Source: Neocallimastix sp. 'constans'
Lineage: Eukaryota
DNA: 64,000 bases
NCBI GenBank assembly: GCA_050613775.1
Contig: JBODTK010000127.1
Span: 62,001 to 126,000, forward strand
Direction: 5' to 3'
Under the pieces are notes generated by a model. That model was not told the origin of the DNA. It made no database searches and saw nothing but the letters and a program-made list of their open reading frames with translations. Positions within the stretch are counted from its first letter, which is position 1, and each line of letters starts with the position of its first letter. A program made the position numbers and the translations under genes. Shown here one piece after another: positions 13,274-27,219 of this stretch.

Positions 13274-14508
13274 ACAAAGCTAAAAAAAAAAAAAACTAAA
13301 CTAAACAAAACAAAACAAAAACAAAAAAAAAAAAAAAAAAAAAAGAAAAGATGGATTTTTAATTTTTATATATATAAAAAGACAAGTCAATTTCAACCAA
13401 AAATTCTTCTATATAATATAGTTAAAACAACTTTATTATTTTCATCCATTACTTTATATATGTAACTTTTCACTAGTTTTAACATACTTTGATATTCTTT
13501 TATCCTTTTGATTTTCTTTTAAAATTTCAAAGTATTCTTTAGCTTAATCAGGGTAGTATAAAATAATGTATGCTTTTATCATTAAAGCAATACAAAATAT
13601 AATGCTATTATTTAATATTTTTTATTTCTTTTTTAAATAATTTATATATATAAGTGACAATTATTGAAATTATTTCAAAACTTTTTATAATATTGTATTT
13701 TATACATTTTTTAATGTTTTAATTATGTTTAAATGTCAATAAAAGATTAATTTAAAATGAAAATACCAAAAAAAAAAAAAAAAAAAGGGTTAATATCTTA
13801 TAATAATTTCTTTGCAATCATGAAAAAAATATATATAATAATAGTATATCACCAAAATATCAATATATATTATCTTGATATAATGAAGTATTTAATATAT
13901 TTTAAAATATATTAAAGTAATATAATGATTTATTTATATATTATCTTGATATAATGAAATATTTAATATATTTAAAATATATTAAAGTAATATAATGATT
14001 TATTTACAGAATATTTAATTTTTTTTTTTCTTTATGTACATTAACAAAGATAATTTTAATTATATAATTTTATTAAATGTTTAAAACTATTTTTACAAAA
14101 TACCTTTTACAATGTTTGTTTACTAAAAATAAATTTTATTTATAATAAATTTTTTTATATATAATTACTAATAATAATCTATATAATAAAAAAATAAGTA
14201 ATTATAATAAAATTTTTTATATATAATTACTAATAATAATTTATATAATAAAAAATAAGTAATTCTAAAATTTAAATTAATAATAATATCATAATAAAAT
14301 TAAAAATAAATAAATAAATAAATAAATAATATGAAATAGATTATTAATATAATTTTTATTTTATTTTATTTAAAAGAAAAAAACTTTTTATATTATTTTA
14401 GTAAAATTATATATATATTTTTTCTTTTTTTTTTTTTTTTTTTTTTTTTTTTGAAAAAATTATTAAAACTTTAAAATAAAAAATTATTAGGATAAAATTT
14501 TTTGGTAC

Positions 14509-14666
14509 AACATTTATAAATTTTTTTTTTTTTATTTTTTTAACGACCGTAGCAGGATTTCTCCCCAGCTGCACATCCGTAGACATACAATGGTTTATTA
14601 CTGGAACACTTACCTATTTCCTACTTAGTAGGTGGTGCTGTCCCTGACTGACTGAACATTTATAAA
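14509..14666 (-). mobile_element. 5'-truncated non-LTR retroelement (LINE/SINE) 3' end with poly(A) and 12-bp TSD
   Basis: Poly-T followed by a GC-richer ~113 bp body (aacgaccgtagcaggatttctcc...); aacatttataaa at 14509-14520 and 14655-14666; second copy at ~38.2 kb. Confidence 0.75.
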
Positions 14667-15016
14667 TAAATAAATAAATAAATAAATAAATATAGTGATA
14701 TATAGATATTTTAAATAAAAAATTTTTTTAAAAAATATCTAATTTTTATTTGACAATTAATATATATTATAAAAATTTAGAAAAATAAAACATAAATAAC
14801 TCCTAATAATTATTTATTAATATAAAATTTATTTCATATTTTATTTCATTTAAAAAAAAAATTAAAGTTCTAGAAAAATAAAAAATAAAAAAAAAAAAAA
14901 AAATAAAATAAAATAAATTAAATTAAATTAAAAAAATAAATTAAATTAAAAAATAGGAAAAATCTATTTTTTTTATATATATATGTTATACATATTTGAT
15001 AATTTTACGAATTTAA

Positions 15017-15053
<37 letters not shown>

Positions 15054-16266
15054 TATATATTTATTAATATTTTTTTTTAAATTTATATATTTTGTATTAT
15101 TATTTTAAATTTTTATATATCAAACTATTAATACTTTATTATTATTTTTTATGATAATTATTATAAATTAATCAAATTTATTATACTTTAATCTTTTTTT
15201 TATATAATTTGATTTATATCTAATCTTTTTTTTATATAATTTGATTTATATCTAAGAAATAATTACCATATACCTTTTTTTTTTGTTATATATATATTTT
15301 TAATTAAAGAAAAACGGTCTATTAAAAATTTTTTTTTATTTTCTAAAAATTGATTATATTATAAAAAAATTTTAAAAAATTTTAATTAATAAAATAAAAC
15401 TTTTTAATTAAAAATTATTCCATAATGGTCACTAATATATCTATGTTATCCAATATATTTATAATATCATAATTTTATAGTTTTTATTTTATTATAGTAT
15501 TTATTTATTTATTTATATAAGATATATATTATTAAATAAAAATATAGAAAATTTGTATTTATTTTGCAATTTCAATTATTAAGAATATTCATTTACTTAT
15601 TTATTTATAATTTATTAGTATATTTATTTATTTATTAATATATTTATAATTTATTAGTATATTTATTTATTTATTAATTTATTTATAATTTATTAGTATA
15701 TTATTTTATTATTTTCCCTATATATATTCTTATATGTTAAACTTTTTTTTTGTTATTTCTATTTATAAACAAAAAATACAAAAAAAAAAAAAAATAAATA
15801 ATTAAAATCATAATATTTTTCTTGTGGCACCTATTATTAAATGTTTAAATTAAAATATTATTAATTTTTATTAATAATTAAATTTTTTTAATTAGTTCAT
15901 TTTTTTAAGGGAGAGAAAATAGTATATAAATTTTTTTTTTTAAATTTTTTTTATTTTCAAATTTTATTCTTATTAATATATTTTTAATTTATATTATTCA
16001 TTTATTTATTTACTTATATATTTATATATTGTATTAAAAAATTTTTTTTAATATTAAATATATTAATGGAATAAAATTGAAAAAAAAAAAAAAAATTCAA
16101 AGAATTTAACGAATATTTGTTGTACAATTATTAATATTTTTATTTTAAAGAAAAAAAAAAAAAAAGAAAAAATTCAATTAAATAAAAAAGCAAAATATTA
16201 TTATTTATATATTAATAACATATCACAAACAATAAAAAACATTAAAAAGAAATAATAAATAATAAA

Positions 16267-16591
16267 ATGGTTTCATATAATATAATAAAAAGTTCATTGC
16301 TATTAATATCATCTTTTTCATTATTTATTGATTCAACATATTCTCTAAAAAGTTTTAAAAAATGTATTCGCAGTGGTGATATAGCTTTAACCTTCGATGA
16401 TGGTCCGAGTTTATTATATACCAGTAAAATTCTCGATATTCTTGATAAAGAAAAGGTCAAAGCAACCTTTTTTGTTAATGGAAATAACACATGTTACCTA
16501 AAAAATAATGCTGCAGCAAGAGTAAGTATTTATAAATTTAAAAAAAATAAATTACTTTTTTTTAAATTAAATTAAAAGTATTTATTATTAC

Positions 16592-16624
<33 letters not shown>

Positions 16625-17984
16625 TAAAAATAAAAGAAAAGAAAACAAAAGAAATATTTATTATTATTGTTGTTGTTGCTTTAAATTTTTTATTTTTTTT
16701 TTGTTTTGTTTTAATTTAAATTAAAACAATATATTACGAAAAAAAAAAAAAAAAAAAAAATAGATGTTTATTATTATTGTTATTGTTTTTAAATTAAATT
16801 ATAAATATCTATTATTAATAATATTATTATATTGATTATTATATTTATGTTTCTATTTATGCAATGATTATATTTTTTTAATAGAAACTTATTAAAAGAG
16901 AATATAACAGTGGACACGTAGTTGCAAGTCATACCTATTCACATCCAATGAATGGAATTACTGGTTTAAGTAATTCACAATTAACTTATGAAATAAATAC
17001 CTTAAATGATATTATATATAATATAATTGGTGTTAAACCGGCTTTCTTTAGACCTCCATTAGGTGAAATTAGTAAACAAAATGAAAAAGTACTTGAAAAA
17101 TGTGGCATTACTGCTGTAAGTATTATTATTAGTAGTATAATTATATGAAAAAAATTTATATTAAAAATTTATATTATATATATATTTAAGTATATAAATA
17201 ATTTATATATATATATATGTTTTATTAATAAAGATAAATATTTCTAAATAATATGAAAAATTATTAAATATTAATCATTTTATTTAATTTTTCCCAATAT
17301 ATTTAGAATATTTTATGGAATTTAGATTCAGAAGATTGGAATGTTAATTATAATGCGACTCAACAATATATTAAAGCACTAAAAAATGTAAAATCATCCT
17401 TAAATTCTTTTATTGCTTTAAATCATGATATTCATAAGGTTACTGCATCTAAAAATTTAGAAACTGTTATAAAATATATTAAAAGTCGTGGATATCGTTT
17501 TGTTACAATGGATGTTTGTACTGGTATGAAAGCTTACCAAGGTTATCAAACAACAAAAACAAATAATAGTAATAATAATGATAATACAAATGCAAATAAT
17601 AATATAAATTCAAATTCAAGCAATACTATTTATACCAATACTAATGCAAGTGAGAATTCTAATTCAAATACTAATTCAAATACTAATATTAATACAAATT
17701 CCAATTTATCAACTATTTTTATAAATACTGAAACTAACACTAATAATAATACCTATACCACAAATAATTTAATTCAAGATTCTAATAATAATTTAGCAAA
17801 TAATAATAATAATCGTATAAATACTTTACCTAATGGTCGAATGGAAATTCCAAATCCAAATCCATTAAAGAATAATACCTTACATTACAATATTATTGTT
17901 GCAAGTAATACTTTAAAATCACGAATAATAACCCTCTGGACTTCATTATTCTTTTCTTGTATTATTTTTGTATTTATTTTATAA
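16267..17984 (+). CDS. CE4 polysaccharide/chitin deacetylase, probable GPI anchor; exons 16267-16521, 16885-17115, 17307-17984
   Basis: Signal peptide; TFDDGP, HTYSHP, RPPLG, DSEDW, LNHD; Asn/Thr-rich stalk; hydrophobic C-terminus; in-frame GT-AG joins. Confidence 0.9.
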
Positions 17985-19400
17985 ATCAATAATTAAAAAA
18001 AAAATTATTTTTTATTATTCATGTTTAAATTTTGGGTTATTGATTTATTATAGAGAGAAAATAGAGAGAAAATAATTAGTTTAATTGTATATATATATAA
18101 ATATTTTAATTTTTCTATTTAAGAGTAAAAAAAAAAAAAAAAAAAAAAAAAACTTTATATATATATATATTATAAATGTATATTTTTTTTTATTTCAATA
18201 TATTTATCATAGAATAAAATATTATAATATTTGCTTTTGTTTTTAATTTTATATTTTATATTTTACATTTTACATTTTAATATTTTATTTTTTTTTTTTA
18301 TTTTTATTTTTATTATTTTATTTTTTATTTTTTATTTTTTTTTTTTTAAAAAAGATTTTTTTACTTATTCTTTTTTAAAATGTTAATATGTATATAAATA
18401 TATAAATATATTTGAATAAATAAATATTTATAAATAAATAAAATAAATAAAAAAAAAATAAAAATAAATAAAAAAAAAAAAAATAAATAAAATAAATAAA
18501 AAAAAAAATAAAAATAAATAAAATAAAATATATTCAAAAAAAAATTTTTTTTTTTTGAATATTAATAATTTAAAATATTTAAACACCTATATTTATTTAA
18601 ACATGATTTTATAAAAAAATAAATAAAATGTTACTAATTAAATTATTTTATAAATATTCTAACAATTAAAATTACTAAATTATTTTATATTTTAACAACT
18701 AAATTTACTAATTAAATTATTTTATATTTTAACAAGTACTATTATTCACTTTTATATATTTTTGTTTATTTGTTCACTTTTTATTATATATACATATTTA
18801 AATTTGTTTTTGTATATAAATAAATATTTATAAATTGTATATTTAATATATACTTTAATAATTTTACTTTTTTATTTATATAATTTATTTTTATGAAAAT
18901 AAAATTTATTGTGTTGTATGTTATTTAATCAGTAATGAATCAAATTAATTTTTTAAATAATCCTATTAAGTTCTTCAAGTTAGCAAACATTACTAACAAA
19001 AAAAAAATTACTATATGAAAAGTAATAATAACGAACCTCCCTAGGAAGAATTATACTTTTACAATTCATAATACTTGGAATGTTAAATAGTTAAAATAAA
19101 TCCTTGAAATTTTTCATCATCACCTTCTATTACAAATATAATATATATTCAATAATAATAAATAAAATATTGTAAATATTGTAAATAAAAAAAAATTAAA
19201 TAATGAAGAGAAAATAAAGAAAAATCATAAATTAAGATTTAAAATATAAATCAAACAAATAAATAGAAATATAAAATAATTTTAAATTCATTTCTATTTT
19301 AGTTTTCTTTTGTCCTTAGTTTGGTTTTTCACTACCTTGGCTATTTAGATCCAATAATAAAATATATTAATAAAAAAAAGTCATTTTTTCTTTATTAACT

Positions 19401-19402
<2 letters not shown>

Positions 19403-19460
<58 letters not shown>

Positions 19461-20305
19461 GAAGTTAAGAGAGTAGATGGATTTAAAACATTATTAGAAC
19501 TTCACTTAACATTAGCATATTTATTATTTGAATTTTGTAATGTCATTTTTGAATTGGATGTTGATTTCTTTGATTGTTTTGATACCTCTAATTTTTTTTT
19601 GTTTAATTTTGATTTTATTTGAATTAGATTTTTTCATTAACATTTTAGAGGCACCTACAAGAAAAGCTCCGATATTTGTTGCTAATTTAAAATGAGTTTC
19701 AGCTGGTAAGATGGTGGTTGGGTTTATAATGTACTAATAATGAAAGAAGTAGATGGTGGAGTTAAAAGTGAAGGGGATAAATTATAAAGAACATTTGAAA
19801 AAACATCAAGATGTAATGAGTATGAATTATTTAAATTACCATATAAAAATGGATATTTACTACCATTCTACATGTGGCATGGAGACTAATAATTTTGAAG
19901 AATATTGTAATGAATTAATTGGTTAGCACTTATGATTTAAGGTGGTATTGGTTGAACTTAAAAGTAAACAATTATAATCTACTGAACTGTCAGCTAAAGC
20001 AATTGAAGGTGTTTTATTTATAAAAGTGTTAACGTTACTTGCTGTATTTATATCACTTTTACCATAATTATCATAATTATTCATAGCGTCCAAAAGTGAA
20101 TTATTGGTGGGTGAATTATTAGTAACTAATATAGATGGTAAATCTAAGAAGGAAAAATATCTATTGAATGAAGTTGTGCTAAATAGGAAATAGTCATTAA
20201 AAGGTAAATAAATTTCCATCCAATTTGACGATGACGACACATTAAATCTCTGTTAATTTTGAAAAACTATTGATTTAATGATTCCACTACAAGACGAGCT
20301 ATCTA
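19403..20305 (-). pseudogene. Unidentified degenerate coding-like relic ending in a long poly(A) (possible retroposed or TE fragment)
   Basis: Higher GC than flanks, interrupted Ser/Asn-rich frames, long T run at 19403-19458. No recognisable motif. Confidence 0.3.
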
Positions 20306-20987
20306 AATTTATTAATAATATATATATTTTAACTATGAATTTATTATTATTAAAATATTCTTTAATAACAAATACTAAAGTCACTTATAAAGTTATTAAG
20401 CAAAACTAATATATATAATTCAATAAAACATCATATTTTTTTTTTTTTTTTTTTTTTTTGGTTTTATTAATGATTTATGTTTTTTTTTTTTTTTTTTTTT
20501 TTTTATATTTTATTTTATTCATTTATTTTTTTCGTTTTTTTTTTTTTATTTTATATTTTATTTTATTCATTAATTTTTTTCGTTTTTATTAATAATTTTC
20601 TTTAATATTTATATATTATAAAATATATAATTATATAAATATACAGGGTTTACATTTTTTTTTTTTACTTTGATTTTAGTATAAATATAAAAATTTTATA
20701 ATTATATAAATTTATATATTAATATTTAATTATAAATTTTAATAATTTCTATTATATATATTTCTTTTAAAATAGTAATTTCTAAATATAAATTAATTTT
20801 TTTTTTTAAATGTTATATTTTAATAATTTTAATAATTTATATATGTATAATAATAATTTATATAAATATATATATTATTATTATTATTTATTCTTGCTAA
20901 AATTTAAAGTTTATATATAAATAAAAGAATGAGAATAGTATTAGTTATTTTTATTTTTTATTTTTAAATCCTTTTTCCTTTTTATAT

Positions 20988-22222
20988 TTAGAAAAAGTTG
21001 AGAAGAGTTATAAAAACTAAAATTACAGCAGATACGTAAGAAATAGTTCTTGTAGAATCTGCACTACTTTTAGTTAAGTTTGATTTATTATCTGCTATAA
21101 CAATAGTTGAATTATTTCCTTCAGTTACATTTGGAACAGCTCTATCCATAGTTTGAGTTGGAGCAGCACCATTAGCACCCTTATTTTCTAAACTGTTAAC
21201 ATTTTGGTATGCACTCATACCAAGACATTCATCAATAGTAACGAAATTGTAACCAAGATCTCTAATAATTGGAATCATAATTTGTAAGTTAGAAGTAGCA
21301 GTAACCTTTTGAATATCATGGTTTAATGCAATGAAACTGTCCTTGGAAGGATCAGCTTTATCTAAATATGAAAAGTAATTAGCAGTTGCATTATCACCTT
21401 TTCTCCAATCGTTAGAATCTAAATTCCAGAGAATGTTCTTTATATATTAATTAAAGATTATGATAGTTTTAAAAAAATTATATATATATATATATATATG
21501 AATTATTAATATTATTATTTCATTTCAAAAACTATTTTTCAAATAAAAATAATAATAATATTAACTTACAGCAGTAAAACCTAAACTTTCAATGACATGC
21601 TTGTTTTCTTCAGTGTATTCACCTTTTGGTGGTCTGAAGAAAGCTGGCTTAAGACCAGTAATATCATAAATGAGTTCATTTAAAATACTAATTTCATCTG
21701 TTAATTGTTGGTCAGTTAACTTAGTAATACCATCTTCTGGATGAGTGTAAGTATGACTTGCAATGATATGACCTTCATCAACTTCTCTTTTGATAAGAGC
21801 CTATAGTATTAAATTTTTATTTATAATTTTGTTTATAAATATAAATTTTTAAAAATATAAAAAAAATATATATATATATTAATATATTATTTGTGAATAC
21901 TTATATATATTAATATTTTAATTTATTTATTAATATATAAGTATTCACAAAAAACTATAATTATAAAACTTACTTGAGCTTCAGAATCATTAGCAACATC
22001 CATACAATTTTTACCATTGACAAAGAAAGTAGCTTTAACATTTTCCTTCTTAAGGACATCAAGAACCATAGCGGTATATTCATTAGTTGGTCCATCATCA
22101 AATGTTAAAGCAAAATCTCCTGGTTTAATACATTTGTCATAATTTTTATAGCCAGCAGATACTGATTGAATTGAAGCTAAAGCAGCAACAGATAATAATA
22201 AATATTTCTTAAGAGTAAACAT
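20988..22222 (-). CDS. CE4 polysaccharide/chitin deacetylase, probable GPI anchor; exons 22222-21974, 21800-21570, 21437-20988
   Basis: Signal peptide [42 protein letters not shown]; hydrophobic tail; same intron positions as the 16267 gene. Confidence 0.92.
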
Positions 22223-23796
22223 CTTCACAACTTTTGTATTATTTATATTTTCTTTCCTATTTTAATTTATTTTATTATTATTTATGTTATTTATTTATTT
22301 TTATATATTTAAATAATAAAAATTATTTTTTGTATTTAATTTTTAATATATAATTACTAAAATAAAATTTTTTATAAATCGTTTAAAAATTTAAAATTTT
22401 CAAAGAGAAAAAAAGATAAATTATCTTTTCCTCCTTTTATACAAAATTGTTTGTTAATATTTAATAAATGAAAATAATAAAATATTATAGAATAATCTTT
22501 TTTTTTTTTTTTTTTTTTTTTGATATTTATCCGAACTTTAAAATACAATAATATAAAGTCATAACTTTCTATTACTAATATGTATTATACGAGCTGTCAT
22601 TATTTCTATATTTATTTGATATAATACAATTTTAATATATTTATTTGAATAATTAATATTATAAAATATTATTTAATTATTAAAATTAACACTTTTTTAA
22701 AAATTATTATTATATCTTATTTGGTAATAATTTAATCTATAATACATACAAAAATTAAAATATAAATTAAAATTATAAATAAAAACAAAGTATAATATAT
22801 TTTATAATACTCTAAGTAAGAAAGTAATTGACCTATCAAAACTATTAGGAGCGTAGTACAAAAAAGCTATATTAATAAAATATTTTTGGTAATTAATAAA
22901 ATATTAAATAGTGACCAGACTTTTAATTTTTAATTTAATTTAATTTGAAATATTATTTTTTATTAAAAAATAAAAAGTAATCATAATTAAATAAAAAATC
23001 TAACTAAAAAATTGAATAAAAGATAAATTAATTTATAAAATTTTATCTTTTAATTATATAAATGAAAGTACAAAAAACCTTATTTATGTAATATATTTAA
23101 TTCTAAAAGTAAAAATCTTTTAATATTAACTTAATTTTAAATATATAACAATTTAATAAAAAATATTTTAAAATTAAATTGTTATATATTTATTATTAAT
23201 TAATTGTTTAATAAAAAAAAAAAAAAAAAAAAGGAAACAAATAAACAAATAAATATATAAAAATAATAATAATAAATTAATTTTTTTATTAAAATAAATA
23301 AAAATTGTAAATAATAATTTAAGTTTTATGAAATAATAATAAAAAAAAAAAAGAGTTATTTATTAAATAAATAATAAAATAAATAAAATTAATATAAATT
23401 TATATTAATTTATAAAATTTTTTTTCATAATTAATTATTATTTATTTAAAAAAATAGAATAAAAAAAAAACTATTTATAAAAAATATAAATATATAAATA
23501 AAAATGAACTTTATATTATTAAGTTCATTTTTAAATATAAATATTATAATAAATAGGTAATATTAATATAAAATTATACATTTATTATTTATTTATCTAT
23601 TTATTTATATAATTAATTATCCATAAACTTTGGTATTGAATTATTTAAAAGTTATTTTTATGAAGTGTATGTATATGAATTAATATTTAGTTTCTTTTTT
23701 CAAATATTTTTGCTTATTATAAAAGTTTTTAAAATATATTATTTATTTAAATAATATAATATATAACAAAGTTTTTATTTAAATAATTTATTAATA

Positions 23797-23980
23797 ACCG
23801 CTAAATATTTAATTTATTATTAAATTAAATAATTAGCGGTATTCCTATTACAAACAATTCAATAAAAAAGTATATTTGAAACTCTAACAATATCTATTAT
23901 AAAAGTAAAAGTGAAAAAAAATCGAGACTATTAAAAAATAGACTTTCATTAAATATTTTCACTAATAGTCTCGATTTTTT
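23797..23980. repeat. Two adjacent inverted repeats/hairpins
   Basis: accgctaaatatttaattta..taaattaaataattagcggt (20-bp stem, 1 mismatch) and aaaaaaaatcgagactatta..taatagtctcgatttttttt. Confidence 0.7.
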
Positions 23981-24583
23981 TTAATAGTCCCGACTATCTT
24001 ATTTTTAAAAGAATAACCATATCAAATAATATATTTTATTATAAATAATTATATTAATAATTGCAATATAATATTAATAAATTATTAAGTACTTCAATTA
24101 TTATATAATAAATTTAACGAAATTGAAAGAAAAAATTTATTTATCAAAAAATAAATATTTAAAATATATATTAATTTTTTTTATGATTCTTTTTTTTTTT
24201 TTTTTTTTTTTAATTTTTTTTTATTTACAGGTATATCCATTAATGTTTAATAGATAAGGGAATTTTATATTGATACAAGAATTTTGATATATAAAAAAAA
24301 ATTAAATAAGAAAAAAAAAGCTCATTAATAAAATAGTTAAAAGGGTTTTGGTATAATTAGCTAATATATATATAATTATACAAAATATTATTATACAAAT
24401 AACTGAAAAATGTATATGACTTTCGAAAAAACTTCGATAGTTTTTTTTATAATGGACTTATAATTGTATTTTGTTGTGTTGGCCCTATTATATATTTATT
24501 CTGTTAGTTTTCTCCTATATCTTTTTTTTTTTTATGTCATTTTTATTTTTATATCTAATTGATTTAATAAAAGAATTTTTTTT

Positions 24584-24630
<47 letters not shown>

Positions 24631-24679
24631 CTCAGGTGAGATAGGTTCTTTCTTTAATAAATCAATAATTTTCTCATCA

Positions 24680-24915
24680 TTCATTTTCTTTGATAAATCC
24701 ATTGGTAATACTTCTTGTTTATTTATATATTAGGATCAGTATGGTAATAATGTAATAAATTAATAGTATGTCTATCATTTATTTTTATAGCATAGAATAA
24801 AATCGTATTACATAGATCATCCTGGTGATTTACATTATTTCTTATAATTAAATCTTCTATTAAAAGTTTTGTATGACCTAATTTCAAAGCCACTATTAAA
24901 GGAGTTTCATTTTTA
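24680..24915 (-). pseudogene. Degenerate ankyrin-repeat fragment
   Basis: KNETPLIVALKLGHTKLLIEDLI, frameshift, NVNHQDDL. Confidence 0.55.
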
Positions 24916-25697
24916 TTATTAATTTGAATGTTCGAATTAGTAATATAAGTATTAGAAAATCATCATTACTCTTCTTATTTTTTTTCTATTTTATTTTCAT
25001 TTTAGTAAGATAAGTATTAGAAATATCATTATCGTTCCTATTTTTTCTATTCTGATTTCATTTTCCTTTTTTTACATTCAACGCTGAAAAATATTTAAAC
25101 AATGCTGAATATCATTTAAGGCTATTAATGTATGGCAATAACACAATATTTTTTTTTTTTTTTTAATTAAAAAGTTTTTTTTATCTATATGTGATAAATT
25201 TATAAAAAATTATCTCTATTAAAAAATAACTATAACAAAAAAAAACTTATAAAAAAAATAAGCTTAAAGTACTATATTTTATATTTTCATAAACTTAACC
25301 AGTATCGTTTTTCCTTTATAGTTTCAAATTTTAATAATTTTTATAGTTATTATAGTTAAATAAAATTTTATAATAATAATTCTAATAGTTTTTTATTTGG
25401 GAAAAAAATATTATAATATATAATATTATAACACGTGAATTTCATAATATCATAATCATAATATATTTAAATAAGTATTTTATCTATATTATTATAACTA
25501 AAATTATATATTACATATATTAATGATTATAAAAATTAATTGCTTATATTAATATTAATATAACTAATAAAGATTTTTCTATAGCATATAATTACTAAAA
25601 AATTATTTAATAAAAGTCAAAAATTCCTTTACTAAGAACGCTTTAACTCGTATAATCTTTATTTATAAATAAGATTAATAGTAAATACATGGTTATC

Positions 25698-25859
<162 letters not shown>

Positions 25860-25939
25860 GAAATAATAAAGAAAAAAAAAAGAAAGTATAAATAAACTAA
25901 AAATCATAAAAAAAAATTAAAAATTTTAGTTTAATTTTA

Positions 25940-26116
25940 TAAATTTTATAAAATAATATTAAAAACGTTATAATAAAAATTTATTAAATCCAAATTATAA
26001 AGTCTTTATAGCCAAAGAAAAATTTATAAATTTTATAAAATAATATTAAAAACGTTATAATAAAAATTTATTAAATCCAAATTATAAAGTCTTTATAGCC
26101 AAAGAAAAATTTATAA
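25940..26116. repeat. ~84 bp tandem duplication
   Basis: aaattttataaaataatattaaaaacgttataa...gccaaagaaaaatttata occurs twice. Confidence 0.8.
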
Positions 26117-27219
26117 TTTTTTTCAATCATTTGTTATTTTTTAATATTGAATATATTTTAAAATTTAATTTTTTAAGAATTTTTAAATAAAAAAAAAATA
26201 AAAAATAAAAAATAAAATTAAAATAAAAACTATATTTAATATTATTTAAAACTAATGTTAAAACAATTTTTATTAGGATTATTTTAATTAAAATAAAAAT
26301 CATTAATAAATATAAATTTTTATATTATAATTAAAATATTTTTTATTAGGATTAATAATAATTAAAATACAAAGAATAAACAAATAAAAAAAAAAATAAT
26401 GAAATAATAAAGAATAAAAAAAATTTGGAGATACACATTTTTTTAGATCTATTTTTAATATTTTAATTTTATAACTTTTTTTGTTGCAATACTAAACTAT
26501 TCATTCATAGTTAATAAATAATAGAAATAAGATTAAGTATTATAAATTCAGAATATATAAACATAATTATATAAATAAAGATAAATAATAAGTTTTTTGA
26601 AATTTAATTTATATATAATAAATTACGTATATGATAGAATATTAATTCTTAATATTTTAGCAACTTATACTATTTTAAGTTTTTCAGTTGTAGTTTGATG
26701 TTTCCTGTACAACATTATAAAAGAGTTTATCTATAATACTATAATATAGGCCGTTATTATGTATCCAATAATAACATTTAAAATTAATTAGAGTTTTATT
26801 AACACTTTAAATTTGATTAAATCATAATAACTTATATTAAATTTAAATTGATAATATTATTGCTATTAAAAATTTTATTAATCAATATATGATTAATTAT
26901 TTAATAATCTATTGTTATATATTAATAATTTATTGTAATATATAAAAATTTTATTTTATTCTATTTTTTATTATAATTGCAAATCATAGAAAATTAAAAA
27001 AAAAAAAAAAAAAATTAATAATAAAAATAATAAAAATAAAATAATATAATAATCCATATATAAAAGGATAGTTTTTTTCAAACAATTAAAAAAAATTTTT
27101 TATATATATTATTAAAAAATATAATTATTATTTTAATAGTTAAAGGAAAAAATTTTTTTATAGTTATAGTAAATAATTTATTACTTTAATAATTTTAAAA
27201 TACTTAAATACTTGAAATA

